Origin: an uncultured Maribacter sp.
GTDB taxonomy: Bacteria; Bacteroidota; Bacteroidia; Flavobacteriales; Flavobacteriaceae
Direction: 5' to 3'
Assembly (NCBI GenBank): GCA_905479535.1
Contig: CAJQMW010000508.1
Span: 1 to 36,689, forward strand
Length of the DNA stretch: 36,689 nt
Position numbers and translations under genes: made by a program. The notes under the pieces were generated by a model. It had not been told where the DNA came from and searched no databases. It saw only the letters and a list, made by a program, of their open reading frames with translations. Each line of letters opens with the position of its first letter. Position 1 is the first letter of the stretch. This document shows positions 33,315-36,689 of this stretch, piece after piece.

Positions 33315-34136
33315 ATGTGTAAATACTGTGTTTCGATTGAAAGCCCAATAGGTAAAAGGGCGTTGGGTGAAAAGGGGAAGTTTTGGCCGGTTGGTCACAA
33401 TCTAAAAATCGCCTTTATCGGAGGAACTACCGAACAAAGGCGATACGTGGAAGAAAAGGCAAGCGAATGGTTGAAGTATGCTAATCTTTTCTTCCAATGG
33501 GATATGCCCGTTTCTGGCTCCGATATTCGTATTTCATTCAACGAGGGTAACGGTAGCTGGTCTTATATCGGAACCGATTCTTTAGGCATCCCGGTAAGAC
33601 GGGCAACCATGAATTTCGGCTGGCTAGATAACGCGGTAGTCTTGCATGAGTTCGGCCACGCATTAGGATTAGGACACGAACACCAAAACCCGGAAGGCGG
33701 TATTTTGTGGGATCAGGACGCCGTAATAAAAGAACTATCAGGACCGCCAAATAATTGGGATATTTCAACCATTGTTTTTAATGTCCTGGAAGCCTACAAT
33801 CAGGATAAAATAGTAGGCACAAAACTTGATCCTCATTCTATAATGATGTACTCCATCCCAAAAGAATGGACCGTCAATGGCTTTGAGACAAGTTTCAATC
33901 AAAACCTTTCCGACCTGGATAAATTGTTTATATCGTCCTTATACCCCTTTGAGGAAGAAAAAACAGACAAGGTTTCCGAAGCACTGAAAACCATCTTCCT
34001 TTCAAGAAAGGACATTTTACGGCTGAATGAAGCCACTATTTGCCGGATCGGTGATGTGATCGGAGCCGGAACCAACGAACAACGATACTGGAAGCGGCAG
34101 AACGCTGAAAAAGTCTGGGATAAATTGAACGCATGA
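33315..34136 (+). CDS. M12 (astacin/myroilysin-like) zinc metallopeptidase
   Basis: HEFGHALGLGHEH zinc motif, Met-turn SIMMY, DIRISF...SWSYIGTD...TMNFG. Confidence 0.85.
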   Translation: MCKYCVSIESPIGKRALGEKGKFWPVGHNLKIAFIGGTTEQRRYVEEKASEWLKYANLFFQWDMPVSGSDIRISFNEGNGSWSYIGTDSLGIPVRRATMNFGWLDNAVVLHEFGHALGLGHEHQNPEGGILWDQDAVIKELSGPPNNWDISTIVFNVLEAYNQDKIVGTKLDPHSIMMYSIPKEWTVNGFETSFNQNLSDLDKLFISSLYPFEEEKTDKVSEALKTIFLSRKDILRLNEATICRIGDVIGAGTNEQRYWKRQNAEKVWDKLNA

Positions 34137-34672
34137 CAGTAACGGAATACCGAAGGCGATATACTTTAGGGGAAGAACCTAAAAGCGAATACTATCTACA
34201 AAAGGCAATTTCAGAATACCTAAACAAGCGTTGGCCTAATGTGGAATACAGGATTGATTTAGCTGGGAACAACCTAAGTAAAGCGCAAGCCGGGAAAGCA
34301 AAGGCGGTAAATAAGCGTAGAGCTTGGCATGATGTTGAGATTTACAACCCTTCCGGGCTTTACTATGGGCTTTGTATTGAATTGAAACAGCTAGGAACCC
34401 AATTAAGAATGGTTAGCGATAGTAATACCTATAAGATCATAGGCCACAAAAAGACCAAGTTTGGCAAAATAGCTATCCGGGAAAGCAAAAAAAGAAAAGC
34501 AGGTGATTGGGTAGATTTACATATTGAAGAACAAGCGGACAATATAAAAAGAATGCGTAAATTAAGACGTGCAGCGGGGTTTGGGGTTGGCTTGAAGAAA
34601 ACACTTATGATAATCGACGGCTACCTTACTGAGAACTTTGTATTGATGCAGGAGGGTTTTAAAATTGATTGA
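34133..34672 (+). CDS. VRR-NUC-like PD-(D/E)XK nuclease
   Basis: EYYLQKAI...AWHDVEI...GLCIELK...EQADNI. Confidence 0.65.
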   Translation: MTVTEYRRRYTLGEEPKSEYYLQKAISEYLNKRWPNVEYRIDLAGNNLSKAQAGKAKAVNKRRAWHDVEIYNPSGLYYGLCIELKQLGTQLRMVSDSNTYKIIGHKKTKFGKIAIRESKKRKAGDWVDLHIEEQADNIKRMRKLRRAAGFGVGLKKTLMIIDGYLTENFVLMQEGFKID

Positions 34673-35066
34673 TATGTTTTGTGAACCAATGGTAAATAAA
34701 CCTGGAACTAACGAGGCTTACGAAAGAAAGCTAAGGTTGTTCATGGAAACCTCTAATATCAGCCTGTTTATAGATGCGGTAAAAGAGTACTACGGAAACA
34801 AGTGCGAGTGCGTAGGTTTTTATTTTTCATACGATATAGAGAATATACCCAACTTAATGGCTTACCACACCAAAGAGGTGGTTTATTTTTCATTCAGTGT
34901 AATTACTGAGCAATTTACCAGAAGAATAGACCTTGTGTTCGATGACAACTTTTTGTTAAACTCAATAGAGAAACACGAATGGGATAATAATTGCCAAAGC
35001 TTTATAGAGTTAAAAGGGGTGGATAATGTAGAGCTAAAATACTCACGCTATGTACTGGCAGGATAA
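34665..35066 (+). CDS. Hypothetical protein
   Basis: 133 aa; AT-rich, no CCGG seen; start uncertain. Confidence 0.5.
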   Translation: MIDMFCEPMVNKPGTNEAYERKLRLFMETSNISLFIDAVKEYYGNKCECVGFYFSYDIENIPNLMAYHTKEVVYFSFSVITEQFTRRIDLVFDDNFLLNSIEKHEWDNNCQSFIELKGVDNVELKYSRYVLAG

Positions 35067-35379
35067 AGTTTTATACGCATTATTTTATTATGCTATCCTC
35101 CCGGTGGTTGCGTTGTATTGCATATACTCGTTTCTATCCTGTTTTGTAACTATTGAACGAAAAGAAATAGAAGAACCCACCCCGGAGCCTACACAAGCCC
35201 CGGAAATCATATTACCTAAGAAAAAAAAGAAAGTCATTGCCCCGTATGATGCAATGAAGCATTTTAACAGTCTGAAAGAAAAAGGATTGATCGACAAAGA
35301 AGCCGTGTTTTCGGATTGGGCCAAAGTGCAACAACAGTTCAAAATCGACAATACCCCTATTGAGATCATCGAAAACTGA
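35050..35379 (+). CDS. Membrane-anchored hypothetical protein
   Basis: N-terminal TM helix and a Pro/Glu linker. Confidence 0.6.
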   Translation: MYWQDKVLYALFYYAILPVVALYCIYSFLSCFVTIERKEIEEPTPEPTQAPEIILPKKKKKVIAPYDAMKHFNSLKEKGLIDKEAVFSDWAKVQQQFKIDNTPIEIIEN

Positions 35380-35381
35380 TT

Positions 35382-35438
35382 TTTAGTAAATATTTATTAA
35401 ATCTAATTTGGTTTATATTTATATTTATCGTACATTTG
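35382..35438 (+). promoter_or_regulatory. Promoter with upstream operator-like motif
   Basis: TTTAGTAAATATTTATTAAAT, then TTTG 35407-35410, 20-nt spacer, TACATTTG 35431-35438; shares tttggtttatatttat with 22801. Confidence 0.7.
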
Positions 35439-35457
35439 TTGAAAGCAAACAACAAAG

Positions 35458-35643
35458 ATGAAAACGAAAATCAGAATCTTTATCCTTTCATTGATCGGCA
35501 TTCTATCTATCCTGGCCGGTCAACTTGAAACTTCGCCAAATACGGTCGCTCCCGGCTCAGAAATTACATGGGAGATCAGCAAGGCAAAAACCGTTCGGTC
35601 TTTTTGTTTTGAGATTGTTGAGACTGAAATAATCACTTCTTAA
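35458..35643 (+). CDS. Small secreted/membrane protein
   Basis: Signal-peptide-like N-terminus. Confidence 0.5.
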   Translation: MKTKIRIFILSLIGILSILAGQLETSPNTVAPGSEITWEISKAKTVRSFCFEIVETEIITS

Positions 35644-35652
35644 AATAAAGGC

Positions 35653-35790
35653 ATGAAAGAAGCAATCAAATCCCTTCGCCTACTAATAGCCGAACGTCTC
35701 CTATCACTGGCATGGGATATAGCCCCAAAAGACAGTGATCTTTCAAAAACAGTAATTGATTACTTTAAAAAACAGGTTGGCGATGTATAA
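35653..35790 (+). CDS. 45-aa hypothetical protein (not in ORF track)
   Basis: MKEAIKSLRLLIAERLLSLAWDIAPKDSDLSKTVIDYFKKQVGDV*; fills the gap and overlaps the next start. Confidence 0.5.
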   Translation: MKEAIKSLRLLIAERLLSLAWDIAPKDSDLSKTVIDYFKKQVGDV

Positions 35791-36208
35791 TTACGAATTT
35801 AAGCAAGATAACTTAAGCGGAATTACAAAAGAGTTGATCAGGGAAGTCATTAACGCTGCTTATGGGGTTGGGATAACCCTTGTCGCTCCGCTTGGAACTG
35901 GTAGTGATGATTTTATTTTACACGGCAATCCTGCTCCCGGTCGTTTTGAGCTAGTTAGTATTCGTATTCATAGCGAAAGTCCTGAAATGTTAGTAACTGA
36001 CCGGCGGGGCGCGTTCTTGTTTTACGGCAAATTCGATATTCGCCAAGGTATTGATTTTGTTGTTGATCAATTTTGGTTGATTCTAAAGTCAGTAGAGCCA
36101 AGAATACAAAGCCGTTTGCCGGATCAGGATAAAATGAAGGTCAGTAAAGATGCAATTGAGTCAATAGGTTTTGAAATGCTCAAAGTTTATAAAAAGCAAT
36201 TACCATGA
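35783..36208 (+). CDS. Hypothetical protein
   Basis: Likely start ATG 35783. Confidence 0.55.
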   Translation: MYNYEFKQDNLSGITKELIREVINAAYGVGITLVAPLGTGSDDFILHGNPAPGRFELVSIRIHSESPEMLVTDRRGAFLFYGKFDIRQGIDFVVDQFWLILKSVEPRIQSRLPDQDKMKVSKDAIESIGFEMLKVYKKQLP

Positions 36209-36396
36209 CTCCAAAAAACCACTACACCAACCTACTAGAGATAGACATTAAGTCTCTAAGAACTCATTTGGCCTACTCCAAAGAATTAGACCCCGTTGTT
36301 TCGGGGTTATTGGAGACAGTAGAAATGATCAAAGTTAAAATGGAAGCCGACGAAGAAGCAATAAAAGAGCTTTCAAAAAATTTTGTTGAGACATAA
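36205..36396 (+). CDS. Small helical hypothetical protein
   Basis: ATGA-coupled ORF. Confidence 0.55.
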   Translation: MTPKNHYTNLLEIDIKSLRTHLAYSKELDPVVSGLLETVEMIKVKMEADEEAIKELSKNFVET

Positions 36397-36450
36397 AATC
36401 AACATTAAACGCACTCTAAATTCATTTAAAAATTTCGTAAATTAATACCC

Positions 36451-36689
36451 ATGAGTGAACTTAAAAATATTTTGGCTGAACTCGCACGGCCATTTAATGA
36501 CCTTCAATGGAAGGTCCAAACATGCGGAATATCAAAATCCGGGAAAGAATATGCTGTTTGTGTTCCTTATATTGATGCCAGGGACGCACAGCAAAGGCTT
36601 GATCAATCGTGTATTTGGCAAGACGATTATTGGGATGTAGGGGGAATTACTTTCTGTAAGGTTGGTGTTTTTGCGGATGGTCAATGGTT
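36451..36689 (+). CDS. Rad52/Rad22 (Sak-like) ssDNA-annealing protein, truncated by the window end
   Basis: My translation: MSELKNILAELARPFNDLQWKVQTCG...VPYIDARDAQQRLD...WQDDY...FCKVGV...GQW; YIDAR...RLD is the family signature. Confidence 0.8.
   Translation, partial: MSELKNILAELARPFNDLQWKVQTCGISKSGKEYAVCVPYIDARDAQQRLDQSCIWQDDYWDVGGITFCKVGVFADGQW

Overview
This 36.7 kb window is part of a temperate tailed-phage genome in its non-integrated (attP) configuration. The host is most likely Bacteroidota, inferred from TTTG-N20-TAnnTTTG promoters, A-rich leaders without Shine-Dalgarno motifs, and a Bacteroidota-like tRNA-Lys fragment used as attP. From left to right it holds: the end of the tail/lysis region (tailspike-like protein, secreted protein, possible holin); a leftward membrane-protein operon; a divergent regulatory switch; modular promoter-HTH cassettes; a cluster of tRNA, tRNA-like and structured RNAs; an outer-membrane beta-barrel; many small early genes; a replication module (RNase H-like protein, C5 methyltransferases, initiator with internal iterons, DnaC-like ATPase, SSB, HNH); a coupled MTase-SNF2-ASCH-radical SAM operon; a MazG-like protein; xis-attP-int; a T5orf172 nuclease, an M12 metalloprotease and a VRR-NUC; and a truncated Rad52/Sak-like gene. 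Most notable: (1) a two-subunit C5 methyltransferase whose second subunit is nested in the +1 frame of the first; (2) several leader RNAs with exact loop/bulge complementarities, suggesting an RNA-pairing regulatory layer; (3) a 125-nt tRNA-like RNA whose anticodon arm is replaced by a branched domain; (4) two dispersed repeated regulatory motifs; and (5) strong CCGG over-representation that disappears in apparently imported segments. All calls were made by eye from the sequence and ORF track; no database searches were run.
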